Shown here: in pieces, positions 26,854 to 40,000 of the stretch
How positions within the stretch are numbered: position 1 is the first letter of the stretch
Layout: every line of letters starts with the position of its first letter
NCBI GenBank assembly: GCA_030390025.1
Contig: CM059432.1
Coordinates: 127,164,001-127,228,000 of the forward strand
Length of the DNA stretch: 64,000 nucleotides
Origin: Squalus acanthias
Taxonomy: Eukaryota
Direction: 5' to 3'
Position numbers and translations under genes: made by a program
The notes under the pieces: model-generated
Seen by the model: only the letters and a program-made list of their open reading frames with translations
What the model was told of the DNA's origin: nothing
The model's database searches: none

Positions 26854-27214
26854 GTAAATGGGAAAAAAACTGAATTATAGCTGATTGTTGTACTTGGTAT
26901 TTGCTGCAGTGCTGTATTTTGTAACAGTTGTAGTAACTGAATTCTGTCCTGCGCTTCATGCACCAGTGAATGTTGTATCTATAACTGAGACTGGTGAATC
27001 AGTTATCGTGCCATTGTGATGGTATTAAGTGATCAGTACTCTGGTTTAAGTTTCAGAAAATTCAGAATGCTTGGAACAAAACACTAGTTTTAGTTGTTTA
27101 CAGGTGACATTCTGCATATTTATCCTAAAATAGCCATTATGTAATTAGCTTAACCGCATGGAGCAGACCATGCCAACTCGATTAGGAAATGTTGTTGATC
27201 TGTTTGTGCACTTA

Positions 27215-28660
27215 GGAACAGGAGTAAGCCAGTCAGTCCCTCGAGCCTGTTCCACCATTCATTGAGATCATGGCTGATCTGTATCTTAACTCCATCTACC
27301 TGCCTTGGCTCCATATCCCATAATACTCTTGACTAGCAAAAATCTATCAATCTCAGATTTAAAATTATTAATTGAGCTAGCATCCACTGCTTTTTGTGGG
27401 ACAGAGTTCTAAATTTCTACCACCCTTTTGTGTGAAGAAGTGTTTCCTTGAATGGACTGGCTCTGATTTTAAGGTCATGTCCTCTTGTCCTAGACTCCCC
27501 TACCAGCGGAAAAAGTTCCTGTCTATCTACCCTATCAATTCCTTTCAAAATCCTAAAAACCTCATTCAACTCACCCCTTAACCTTCTGTATTCCAGGGAT
27601 ACAAGCCTAGTTTATGTAATTGCTTCTCATAATTTAATTCTTGGAACCCTGGCAACTTTCTGGTAAATCTGTGCTGCACTCCTTCCAAGGCCAATATATC
27701 CTTTTCTAAGGTGCAATACCCAGAACTGTACACAGTACTCCAGATTTGCCTTCAATTCCATAAGCTTTAATTTTAGCTAACAGTCTCTTATGTGGAACCT
27801 TATCAAATGCCTTCTGGAGGTCCATATAAACTACATCTATAGACATTCCCCTGTCTACTACTTTAGTTACTTCCTCAAAATTCAATTGGCTCGTTGGACA
27901 TGGCCTACCCTTCACAAATCCATGTTGGCTCTCTCTAAGTACTCAGTCACCCTGTCCTTAATTATAGATTCCAATAACTTCCCCACAACAGATGTTAGAC
28001 TAACAGGTCTATAATTTCCTGGTTTCTCTCACTCACCATTTCTTAAATAATGGAGTTAAATTTGCAATTTTTCAAACAAAGGGACAATTCCTGAATCGAG
28101 AGCGCTTTGGAAGATGATTGGCTTAAAGCATGTGCAATTTCCTTACCTATTTCCTTTAAAACCCTGGGGTGGCAACCATCAGGTCCTGGGGATTTGTCAG
28201 TCTTTAGTGCCATTATTTTTCTGATACTGTTTTCTTGCTTATGTTAACTTTAGTGAGTTCCATTCCTTGATTCATTATTAGTTTGCCTGGCATGTCGGGT
28301 ATATTATCCTCTTTCTTTACCATGAAGACTGACTCACAGTAATTATTCAACAAGTCTGCCATTTCCTTTTCATTTACAATATTGCCCATATTAGTTTTAA
28401 ACGGGCCCACATTACCCTTGACTACCCTTTGTCTTCTATTATAATTGTAAAAACTTTGTGTTAATCCTGAGATATCTCAAGTTTCTTTTCATATTCCCTT
28501 TTTGCAGCTCTTAGTATATTTTTTGTCTTCCTTTGCTGCTCTTTATATCTCTCCCAGTCCCCTGGATTTACATTATTCTTTGCTTTTTTTGTATGCTCTT
28601 TTCTTTAGTTTTATGTTCTCTCGGACTTCTTTTGTCGACCATGGCTGTTTTATTTGTTAG
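27215..28660 (-). mobile_element. CR1 LINE, 3' part (internally deleted), same family as 12715-20500
   Basis: VDRGMSIDVVYMDLQKAFDKVPHKRLL; the 3' end at 27215 is the reverse complement of 20340-20500. Confidence 0.85.
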
Positions 28661-29451
28661 GCTGTAACTATTTGCAATGGCAAATTTCTGATTGGTCCCA
28701 TTGGAGGACAAGACACACCCAACAGTTTGTCTGGACTGTGTAATTAGATCCTGTCTGCCTGAGTAATCAATATCTTTGCAATGTGTGATTTGATCCATTC
28801 ATTGTGACAGCCGGGCTCTCGAGCTCACAGTGCTAATACTACTGCCTTAAGAGAACAGACAGGGCTCACCCTCCTGGGTTAGGACCTTCTCTCTCTCTCC
28901 TGTTCCCTGCCCCACCCCCCAACAAGTTCCTGACCTTTCTTCTCCTTTCCCCCCCCCCCCCCCCCCCTACAAGTTTGACATTCTCTTCACCTCCCCACTC
29001 CCCCTCCCCCAAACAAGTTCCTGACCATGGGCCCACAGGAAACTTGGGCGCATGCACGATTGGAGCGATGGGTGCGCATGCGTGGCTTCAGTGGTTGGGG
29101 GGAGGGGGGCAGGACGGTCTTTAGGCTCTGCGCCCATATGGTGTACATACGCAGAACGACTCAAATTTGTTTGTGCAAATAATCACTCTGTATTTAAGTA
29201 GTGCTCTTGCACCTTGTGGGTATATACTGGTCCTGTATTAGCTAAATTCTTTGCACACCTCCTATAGTTCATCTGTAGTTTTACTCAATAACAGTTTTGA
29301 TCTGTTTGCTGTCATCAGTCTCTCGCATTCTGATAGTGTTAGCCATACCAAAATTTAGAATCTTAGTAACTGTTATGTTTCTCCTTTTCAAACCTAACAT
29401 TAAAATCGATCATATCACTGTTAGATAACTATTCCCTTACTGTGTTATCCC

Positions 29452-30683
29452 TCCAGTCAGGTTTCCACCCCTGCCGCAGTACTGAAACGGCCCTCATCAA
29501 AGTCACAAATGACATCCCATGTGACTGTGACCGCGGTAATCTATCTCTCCTCGTCCTTTGACACGGTTGACCACCCCATCCTCCTCCAACGCCTCTCCTC
29601 TGTCGTCTAGCTGGGTGGGACTGCCCTTGCCTGGTTCCATTCTTATTTATCCAGTCGTAGCCAGAGAATCCTCTGCAATGGCTTCCCTTCCTGCTACTGC
29701 ACTGTTAGCTTCTAGAGCCCCCCAAGGATCTATCCTTGGCCCCCTCCTATTTCTCATCTACATGTTGCCCCTCGGTGACATCATCCGAAAACAAAACGTC
29801 CTGTTCCACATGTATGCTGACAGCAACCCAGCTCTAGCTCACCGCCACCTCTCTCGACCACTCCACCCTGCTGTCCAACGAGGAGAAATTTCCTCCAACT
29901 GTATATTGGGAAGACCAAAGCCGTTGTCTTCGGTACCTGCCCCAAACTCCGTTCCTTAGCCACTGACTCCATTGCTCTCCCTGGCCACAACCTTGGTGTC
30001 GTATTCGACCCTGTGATGAGCTTCCGACCACATAACCTGCTCCATCACCAAGACCGCCTGCTTCCACCTCCGTAACTTTGCCCCGCCTCTGCCCCTGCCT
30101 CAGCTCATCTGCTGCTGAAACCCTCATCCATGCCTTTTTTTAATCTCCAGACTTGACCATTCCAATCCTCTCCAGGCCGGCCTCCCACCTACCACCCTCG
30201 GTAAACTTGAGTCCATCCAAAACTCTGCCCGTATCCTAACTCGCACCAAAACCCGCTCACCCATCACCCCTGAACTACATTGGCTCGGTCCGGCAAGGCC
30301 TCAATTAAAAATTCTCACCCTTGTTTTCAAATCCCTCCACGGCCTCGCCCCTCCCTATTGCTGTAACCCCCTACAACCCTCCACGATCTCTGCGCTCCTC
30401 CAATTCTGGCCTCTTGCTCTACCCTGATTTTAATCGCTCCACCATTGGCGGCCGTGTCTTCAGCTGCCAAGGCTCTAAGCTCTGGAATTCTCTCCCTAAA
30501 CCCCTCCGCCTCTCTACCTCTCCTCCCTTAAGATGCTCCTTAAAACTTACCTCTTCGACCAAGCTTTTGGCCAACTGTCCTAATATCTTGAGGCTCGGTG
30601 TCAAATTTTGTTGGGTAGTGCTCCTGTGAAGTGCCTTGGGACCTTTCACTACATTAAAGGAGCTATATAAATACAAGTTGTTA
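29452..30683 (+). mobile_element. L2-clade LINE RT and 3' end
   Basis: STETALIKVTNDI, PQGSILGPLLFLIYMLPLG, HMYAD; tail gctatataaatacaagttgtt. Confidence 0.88.
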
Positions 30684-30689
30684 GATTAT

Positions 30690-32200
30690 TAACTAAATCT
30701 AGTATGGCCTGCTCTCTTGTTGATTCTAGAACATATTGCTCTAAAACCTATTTTGAATGCACTCAAGAAATTCACTACCTTTCTGACTTGAGCTACTCTG
30801 CTCATCCCAATCTATGAATTTTAAAGTCTCCTAGTAAAACAACTCTACTTTTGCTACAAGCCTCTCTAATCTGAATTAATACATTCTGCCTCTTCATTGC
30901 TGCTATCAGGAGACCTGTAGACATTTCCCATTATTCCTCAATTCTAACCATAGAGTCTCCAATGATTGCTTTCTCTTATTAATGTTGTAATACAGTAGTA
31001 TCTTTAATCAGTAATGCTACTCCTCCAGTTTCCCTATCCTTTCTAAAGACCTTATAACTTGGAATATTTATCTACCAATCATGACCAGCTTGCAGCCATG
31101 TCTCAGTAATGGTCATACCCTCTAAGCTGTATTTCAGCCTCTAAGTCACTCAATTTATTTCTTATACTCTGTGCGTTAGTATATAAAACTCTTATTTGAG
31201 CAAGCAACCCTAACCTGTCCTTCTGCCTTGTTTTTCTTGCACCGTTTAACTTAATACACTTCTTAGTTGTCATTTCTGCTGTAACCACTTTTAGTTATTT
31301 TAGTATTCCCACAACCTGGAGTATCTATCATTGCTTGTGACCTACACTCTGCTCTTTTAATTTTTTTTTAAACTATCACTTTTGCTATTGTTTCTGACTG
31401 CCACCCCCATTGATTAGTTTAAAGTTTTTTTTACTACCCTATTTATCCTTTCCGCTAGGACCTTGGTCTCAACCTGGTTCAGATGCAGCCCGTCCCAGTG
31501 GTACAGCTCCTTCCTGTCCCAGTGCTGGTGCCAGTGACCCATGAAATGGAGCCTCTCCTTCCCCCACCACTCCTTTAGCCATGTGTTCACCTTCCTGATC
31601 TGTTTGTCCCTATGCCAATTAGCACGTGGCTCAGGTAATAATATTGAGCTTACCGCCCTTGGGGTCCTGCTTTTTAATTTAGCTCCTAACTCATGATACT
31701 CCCTTAGCAGCACCTCCTCCCTTTTCTTTCCTGTGTCATTGGTCCTGACATGGACCACGACAACTGGATCTTGTCCCTCCTTTTCCAAATTTCTTTCCAG
31801 CCACACCCTTTGGGACTCTTTAACATGGCTGCAGAGGATGCTATCTATCCCCCCTAATTATTGAATCGCCTATAACTACTGCGTTTCTATTCTGCTCCTC
31901 CACCCCACTTTGGGCAACCCTCTGCTCCATGGTGCCTAGGTCAGCATTGTGGCTGTTCTCCCCTCAGTCTGACCTTCCCTAGGTTCCTTCTGCCCTTCCT
32001 GCACCAGTGCTTTCCTCTGAGGTGTGAATGTACTCTGGAGTAAACTGTCCAGAAATTCCTTCCCGCCCCCTGTATGTCTGGAGTGTTGCTAACTCGCACT
32101 TCAACTTAACAACTCTGAGCTGAAGTGATGCAAGGCAGAGACATTTCCTGCAGATGTGGCAGTCCGGGACAGTCTCGCTGTCAAACTCCCAGATACTACC
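30690..32200 (-). mobile_element. CR1 LINE 5' part (ORF1 esterase and endonuclease start)
   Basis: DPVVVVHVRTND...WDGLHLN (SGNH-like) and LYTNAQSIRNKL. Confidence 0.8.
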
Positions 32201-33754
32201 TTGTAGAGCTTTAAAAAAAAAAAAATGCTTTAATCAAGCTTGCTGCTTGCTTAATTCAAAATTGCCACAATTCATCCTTGGAATCTATTCAGAGAATACA
32301 TTAGGCTGGAGGAAAGATTGAAAAATGCAATTGACAAGCCTTCCAAAGCCTGAGGTTTAAAAGGATTAGTGTGTTCAAATTTTCATCACTAAACAAAGTC
32401 CATGGTTTTAATGTGGAGTTGAAATTGTGCTCTTGTGCTGTAAAGTTGGTATATTTGAATTTATCTAGGTATCACAGGTGCATTATTAGATCAATTAAAC
32501 TTTTTTAGTGAATTAGTTCGCTTGCTATCATTATGCGTAATGGAAAACTTGTCAGTTCTGCGCAACTCTTTGCTGTGTATCTGAATAATCCTATTGAAAC
32601 ACTGCACCTATATATTTGGAGTTATGTAACTGCATTTGAAGTGAATGGTCTTTTTGTTTTAGAAATTGCTTTGAGTGAAGCAGTACTTCTCATCAAATTG
32701 GAAGGTGCGCGAATAGGGAGAAACTTCAGGTGCTGCAGTACATGTAAAGTTCGGGGCCCTAAGTGACGGCTATTGTAGGGAACTGTGTTCTGTCCCTCTG
32801 TTGTTGAAGATTTTCTCCCCTTATCTGATCCAACCATATACAACGAAAAACAAGGGTATACACTTGTATAGCACATTATGACATGTCTGCTTTGGAGTGC
32901 AGTGAAAGTTATGTAGGCAAACTTGGCAGCCAATATTTGCGCAGTAAGACCCCACAAACAGCAATGAGTTGAATGACCAGCTAATTTGTTAGTGTCTGAA
33001 AGATGAACATTAGCCAGTCTATCAGGAGAACTCCCTGCTGTTGAATAGTGTCAGTTCATTTGTGTGCGTACTTCCGTATTTAATTCACCTGTGACTTCTA
33101 AAAGTTGATTTCTTCTGGATAAATAGATTTTGCCTGATTTAATCTGTTCTGGGATCCAATTTAAGGAGGAAAACATTAAAATGTCCCTAAATGGCATGGT
33201 CTTCATTTGTTTGTTCTGGTCATTGGTTGTCCTTCCCTCACCTGTTTGGTCCTCCAGAGATAGGGACCACTTGACAGCCAACTCTCACATTAGGGTCAGT
33301 TTGTCCTTTGGTGATTTGCTGCAATTTTTCCTTCCTTTAGCCGGATGGAATGACTGAGATCAGTGCAGGTAGATGCTGGTGTGAATACACTAAGGGTGCA
33401 GTTATCCTGCCACTTTTGTGCTGATGCCACGTGACTTTGGGTACGCATCAACTCAAAAGTGGCAGTATAACACAGGAGACTAGCGAGCACATTAAAGTCT
33501 TGAGGTGCGAGACCCCCTTCAGCTTGCACCGAGTACAGTATAACTCCAGTTTAATACACAACATGCTGTACCACAGCACAAGAGAGTGTCAAGATGCAAC
33601 AGGTTGTGTTAGGGCATAGCACTTTGAGCTGTACAACCCTAGGATGGTTAACTGAATATTATAGTGGCCTGAGTTACTGTTCTCTGGATGTGGCCATCGC
33701 TGGTAAGGCCGGCATTTATTGCCCATCCTTAGTTGCCCTGCGAAGGTGGTGGTT

Positions 33755-34662
33755 GCTAAATTTGCTGATGACACAAAGATAGGTAGGACATAAGGAGGCT
33801 ACAAAGGGATATAGATAGGTTAAGTGAGTGGGCAAAGATCTGGCAAATGGAGTATAATGTGGGAAAATGTGAAGTTGTCCATTTTGGCAGGAAGAATAAA
33901 AAAGAAGCATATTATCTAAATGGTGAGAGATTGCAGAGCTCTGAGATGCAGAGGGATCTGGGTGTCCTAGTGCATGAGTCGCAAAAGGTTACTATGCAGG
34001 TACAGCAAGTAATTAGGAAAGCTAATAGAATGTTATCGTTTATTGCGAGGGCATTGAATACAAAAGTAGGGAGTTTATGCTTCAGTTATGCAGGGCATTG
34101 GTGAGACCACATCTGGAGTACTGTGCACAGTATTGGTCTCCTTATTTAAGGAAGGATGTAAATGCATTGGAAGCAGTTCAGAGGTTTACTAGACTAATAC
34201 CTGGAATGGGCGGGTTGTCTTATGAGGAAAGGTTGGACAGGCTAGGCTTGTATCTGCTGGAGTTTAGAAGAATAAGAGGTGACTTGATTGCAACATATAA
34301 GATCCTGAGGGGTCTGGACAGGGTGGATGTGGAGAGGATGTTTCCTCTTGTGGGAGAATCTAGAACTAGGGGTCACTGTTTAAAAATAAGGGGTCGCCCA
34401 TTTAAGACAGAGATGAGGAGAAATCTTTTTTCTCAGAGGGTCATGAGTCTTTGGAGCCCTCTTCCTCAGAGGGCGGTGGAAGCAGAGCCTTTGAATATTT
34501 TTAAGGCAGAGGTAGATAGATTCTTGGTAAGCAAGGGGGTGAAAAGTTATCCGGGGTAGGCGGGAATGTGGAGTAATCGTATCAGCCATGATCTTATTGA
34601 ATGGCGGAGCAGGCTCGAAGGGCCTAATCCTGCTCCTAATTCGTATGTTCGTATGTATGTTC
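33755..34662 (+). mobile_element. CR1 LINE 3' portion
   Basis: KFADDTK, MEYNVGKCEVVHFG, LVRPHLEYC; tail (cgtatgtt)n. Confidence 0.9.
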
Positions 34663-34754
34663 GTAGGCAGGGTATTGGCATAGCAGCCAAAGCATTTAGG
34701 GTAAAATATTGATTGGGTCAAGTATTGGTCCCAATGTGGTAAATAAGTCCGACG

Positions 34755-35565
34755 AACAGGAGTAGGCCATTCAGCCCCTCGAGCCTGTTCCGTTCAATTG
34801 GATCTGCATCTCAACTCCATTTACTCGCCTTTGCTCCATATCCCTAGATACCCTTGCCTAACAAAAAAAATCTATCGACCTCGGTCTTGAAAGCTCCAAT
34901 TGTTTGATAAAAGGGATTTAGAGGCACTGGAGAGGGTGCAGAGAAGATTTACAAGGATGATACCAGAAATGTGAGGGTATATATATCAGGAAAGGATGGA
35001 CAGGCTGGGTCTCTTTTCTCTTGAAAAAAGAAGGCTGAGGGGTGACCTATTGGAGGTATTTAAAATTATGAAAAATTTTGATAAAGTGGCTACAGAGAGA
35101 ATGTTTCTACTTGTGGGGAAGAGCATAACTAAAGGCCATCAATATGAGATAGTCACTAAGAAATCCAATAGGGAATTCAGAAGAAACTTCTTTACCCAAA
35201 GAGTGGTGAGAATCTGGAACTCGCTACCACAGGGAGTGGTTGAAGCGAATCGTATAGATGCATTTAAGGGGAGGCTAGACAAGCATATGAGGGAGAAGGG
35301 AATAATGGGTTAAGCTGATAGATTTAGATGAGGAAAGATGGGAGGAGGCTCATGTGGAGCATAAACGCCGGCATGGACTGGTTGGGCCGAATGGCCTGTT
35401 TCTGTGCCATATATCCTATGTAATCCTATTAGATAGATAGAATTTTAGGGTATCGAGAGATAGAGAGCAAAGGCGGGTAAATGGAGTTGAGGTGCAGATC
35501 AGCCATGATCTAAGTTAATGGCAGAGCAAACCTTAGGGGCTGAATGTCCTCCTCCTGTTCCTATA
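34755..35565. mobile_element. Cluster of CR1 3' fragments (34755-34900 minus; 34905-35430 and 35430-35565 plus)
   Basis: CR1 3' UTR motifs and the ORF end MDRLGLFSLEKRRLRGDL. Confidence 0.8.
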
Positions 35566-35572
35566 TGAGAGA

Positions 35573-35903
35573 AGCTGGCAGCTGTCCTTCATTCTGCCAG
35601 TGGATTTCACACTTCATTCAGCCTTAATCTGTCACATTTACACCACCTCTAGCCTTGCATATCTCTTAATGTCTCTTAATGTCTCTTCATCTTCCCCTTT
35701 GTTCCTTTATCCCCTCCCCCTTTTCCCAGCTTTACCCTGGCCTTAAATCTATTTGATTTCCGGCTCTTCCCAGTTCTGATGAAAGGTCATCGACCTGAAA
35801 CGTTAACTCTCTTTCTCTCTCCACGGATGCTGCCTGGCCTGCTGAGTTTTTCCAGCGTTTTCTGTTGTTATTTCGGATTTCCAGCATCCGCAGTATTTTG
35901 CTA
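35573..35903 (+). mobile_element. Short Penelope-like element with hammerhead ribozyme (family B), 14-bp TSD
   Basis: Hammerhead at 35772-35808; TCCTATATGAGAGA at 35559-35572 and 35904-35917. Confidence 0.85.
35772..35808 (+). ncRNA. Minimal type I hammerhead ribozyme motif
   Basis: Stem I AGUU/AACU, core CUGAUGA, stem II AGGUC/GACCU, GAAA, palindromic AACGUU stem III. Confidence 0.8.
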
Positions 35904-36347
35904 TCCTATATGAGAGAGTTGTTTTGTAGGATGCAGAAGGAAGTAGGGTTGGAAAGAGGGCGAGGGTTGTGGGTGATGCAACGAATTGGCCAGAGATGGC
36001 CTTGTCAGTGATTGAAACCATGGAAGTATGAAGCCAGTGGAGATGGCAAAGTTGAGGGGGTAGTCACGAATATGGGTAGGAGAGTTTAAAGGACGACAGG
36101 AGGGCAGTAAAATCAAAGCGGGCAAGGGAAGTTGAAATGGAGATTGAAATGACCAAGGATGAGGAGTCAGAGTCCAGAGGCTGAAGGAAGAAATCAGGGA
36201 GGATATGTGGGTGAGAAACCAGGGTGGTAGGCAGTAGAGAACAAGGATTTTAAAGGAGAGAAGACTGGAACAAGTGCTCTGATGTCACAACAACTTCATG
36301 ACATCGTGAAGCAGCTTCAATCCCTTTAGAGTTTACTTCCTGTCAAG

Positions 36348-36657
36348 GCACAACAACAACTTGCATTTATATAGCGCCTTTAACGTAGTAAAACGTCCCA
36401 AGGTGCTTCACAGGAGTGTTATAAAACAAAATTTGTCATCGAGCCACATAAGGAGATATGAGGGCAGATGACCAAAAGCTTGGTCAAAGAGGTAGGTTTT
36501 AAGGAGCGTCTTAAAGAAGGAAAGACACGTAGAGAAGCGGAGAGGTTTTGGGAGGGAATTCCAGAGCTTAGGGCCTTGGCAGCTGAAGGCACAGCCACCA
36601 ATGGTGGAGCAATTAAAATCGGGGATGCTCAAGAGGCCAGAATTAGAGGAGCACAGA
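36348..36657 (-). mobile_element. L2-clade LINE 3' fragment
   Basis: STIGGCAFSCQGPKLWNSLPKPLR...FKTLLKTYLFDQAF; (caa)n tail. Confidence 0.85.
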
Positions 36658-37067
36658 TAAATACAGTGGAATCATTTGTTTAGAGAGTGATGAACGTACA
36701 ACTGTGTTTACTCATCCTTTCTCGTCAAATACAAATACCATCTGACCCATTCCATATTATTTGAGAATATCCTACTGGAGTGAAGGAGTCTTACTGTTCT
36801 CCCGTATTACCTGGGCTGGAAATGCTTTCCCATTCCAAATGCGAAATGATCTCGAGTTCGGATCTTTTATTTCAAGTGCATTTAAAATTGATTTGAGTCA
36901 TATGAACATCCCAATTTGGGGGCAATTCTGCTAGAAATGTCTGTCCTACCCTCCCATTTTAAATCTTTTGTCACAAGTACTTTGCGTGTCTGTGGTGCGG
37001 TGGGTTCTTTATTAGGAACAAACAGCTGCTCAATCCAATATGGCTGCCAAGGGTTGCGAATGTTGCC

Positions 37068-40000
37068 TTGTCCATATGGTCTGTATCTCGGGTCTGGGCT
37101 GCATTTGCCTCGGCAGTGGGAAGTTTTAGCAAGAGCATCCTGATCTATCTGGGAAATGTGGAGAAAGCCTCAGACCTGAACGTGACTAAAGATTCATTCA
37201 CCACCGAAATCAACGCTGTCTATAGTCTGTTACTCAAGGTGTGGCTCGAGAAGGAGTCCTCTGAATTGAAGATCCCAATAGTAGAAGCTGTAGGCTATGT
37301 CATTTCCCTGCTGCCCAAGGACACACTGGAAGAAGAGCTGCCCAGGATAGTTCCAGGCATCCTGTCTCTCTACAAGAAGCAACCAGGGCATTTTTCCATC
37401 AGTGTGTCTGTGCCGGGTACTGGATGTTGCCATAGAGATGAGGTATCTGGGGCTGAAAACACAGATGGACAATCTGCTTAAAAGTCTCCACCAGCAGATC
37501 TGTGTTTTGGCAGGGTATAATAACCATTTTGCTGTGAAGAAATGCAATAAGATCCTTTGCTGTTTTCGAGTTCTGGTCCCAGCTTATGCAGACTCAGTAG
37601 TCGAATTTCTCCTCTAGCAGTTAGAGAACGCTGACCAAAAAACGAGAGTAGGAACACCCAATGTACTGAGGCAACTCATCATATCGGTCTCCTCCCATTT
37701 TGAGAGGAAGAAGGCTCAGATTGTGGCTGCCGTAAAACCACTGCTCCTGGACAAGAGTAGCAATCAGGAGAAGAAACTAATTGCCCAGGTAATATGTGTC
37801 ATGGCCCAGCAAGGTTATCTTGAGCTAGAGGGAGGAAAGGCAATGGTGAAATTTGTCATCAAACAGTGTGCTGCATCCGTTGATTCAGGGACCCTGGTAC
37901 CACCCAATCATCAGCCAGACCAGGTAACAACTGAGGAATTAGTCACAGTATGTGAAACAATGATGTGTGTGATCACAACTGCAGTGAAGATGGAGGATGT
38001 CCTTTGGCCATTCTTACTGGAGTTTGTCACCATGACCCAGTACACCAAGGCTTTAATAACAATCTGTAATTGTTCAGCGCATCTTGGAAAAAAGAAACTG
38101 CAAGCCGGCAGTGAAAGGTTTTTCCTCACTTACAATGAAGATGCCAATCTCCCTAAAGCCCAGGCACTGCTGACCCGGCTCCTCGTCGTTTCTTGTTGCC
38201 CATAACAGGGAGGAAGCCGAGGAGCTGCAGCACTGAGGCTAACTCAAGTCCTGAGCCTCAATATCCACCCAGCAACTGTGAGAGGGTGGGAAGAGGAGCT
38301 TCCATCATTGGTTGAGCAATTACTAAAGAATTCAAAGGAGTCTCTGGCCCAAAGGGAATGGGAGGAGAAATTATTGCTGGTCTTGTCCAGAACTCTCAGT
38401 ACCATTGATGATGAGGAATGGACATGTCAGCTAGCTAATGAAATACATAAAGAGATCAACACCAACTACCTTTCCCCACAAGAGAAGGGCTTTCTCTATA
38501 AATCGTTTGTGCGGGTCTGACGGAGCACTGTCCCAATGAAAATAAAGGAGGAGCTTTACAAAATGCTACTGAGTGTGCAGCACAGTGAGCGTGCAGAGAG
38601 AGGGTGCAGCTCTCGCCATTGGTTTCTGTGCCATGACACACTTTCATGATGCCCTCAGTAGCCTGGAGGAGTTTGCTAACTCCAACAGATTTAAGAAAAC
38701 TAAAAGTTTCTTGAATATTCTTGGGTCAAGCCTGAAGTGGATTTGGCTAAAGCCAGGAGCACACTGGTTCTGTGCTATGGGAACTTGGCATTCTACGCAC
38801 CTGAGGAACTAATGCTGTCCACAATCGAGACCCACATTCTGCCAGCTGTGATCAACCAATACATTACAAGTGGACAGGAGAACAAGACTGAATCCAGGGA
38901 TCTCGCACTAAAGCTCAGCCTAATAAAGACCGTGACTCTGATAGCCAGATCTCTGCATTCAAATCGCCAGAGAGCTCCCTTCAACTTTATCAGAAATAGG
39001 GAGCTGCTGACATGCATGCTGGATCTTATCGAGGCTGAGCCACCAGAGCTGCTGCAGAGCCCTGTTCGACAGTTAGCCATGAACGCCTGCAAGCATCTGA
39101 TACAACTACACATTGAGTCAAACCAAGCTGACACCTGCCAATTGATTCAAACCTGCCTGACCAGTACTTTCAGCTTGTTACCTTCAGAACTGGACAAAGA
39201 CATGAATAGTAACAGAAAAGAGATGGCAACACTTTATACCCAAACCATGAGTTCCCTGCAAGAGCTCCTGAAGCAATTATTGCTTCAGGACCTGTCCCCT
39301 GAAGGACTTGTGGTCATTTTCAATCAGGTAGAAGTCTGGATCATTTCAGCAAAAGCTCATGAACGAGAGAGAGCCATGGACATGACCATACAGCTTCTGA
39401 AATTTTACTGGGAGAAGCTCAATGTTCAGAATATAACGCCTGGAAATAACACGGGGACTCTGATTGGACGACTGATGCCTCGTTGTGCAGACCCATCGCT
39501 TCCCGTTCGACAGATGGCTCTGGACACCTTGTACATTATCCTGTCCATTCAGTTATCGTATGAAGGCACCAATCTGGATCAGCAAAAGGAGCAGTTGGAG
39601 GTTCTGAAAGAAGTCAGGGAACAGTTAGTTAACCCTGATGCTTCAGTCCTCTTTCAAGCATATGCTGCCAGATCACAGAGGTCATTTCCAAGTGTTTGCC
39701 CCATGACCAGTTGGGCAACTTGCTCTCTGTGGCCCTCAAAGGACTGTCCGACCAACACCTCAGCTGTTCCAGTGCAGCCGCTGTGCTTCTGCAAAACATC
39801 ATTAAAAAACGTGGCAGTGAACTTCAGGATCAGGTCTCGGAGATACTTCACGTGCTGAGCGTTGAATTGCAGTCAGTTCCTTATGAGAACGTGAAACTTT
39901 TGGTTCTACGGCGTATCGCCATACTGGCCTCGCACAACAGAGCAACAATTGTGTCCTGTCTCCTCACCTACCCCGTCCCTTTGGACAAGTACATCAGTGA

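Noticed and set aside
36687..36745. GTGATGA...CTGA resembling a C/D box snoRNA
   Set aside because: No terminal stem and no recognisable rRNA guide; likely chance.
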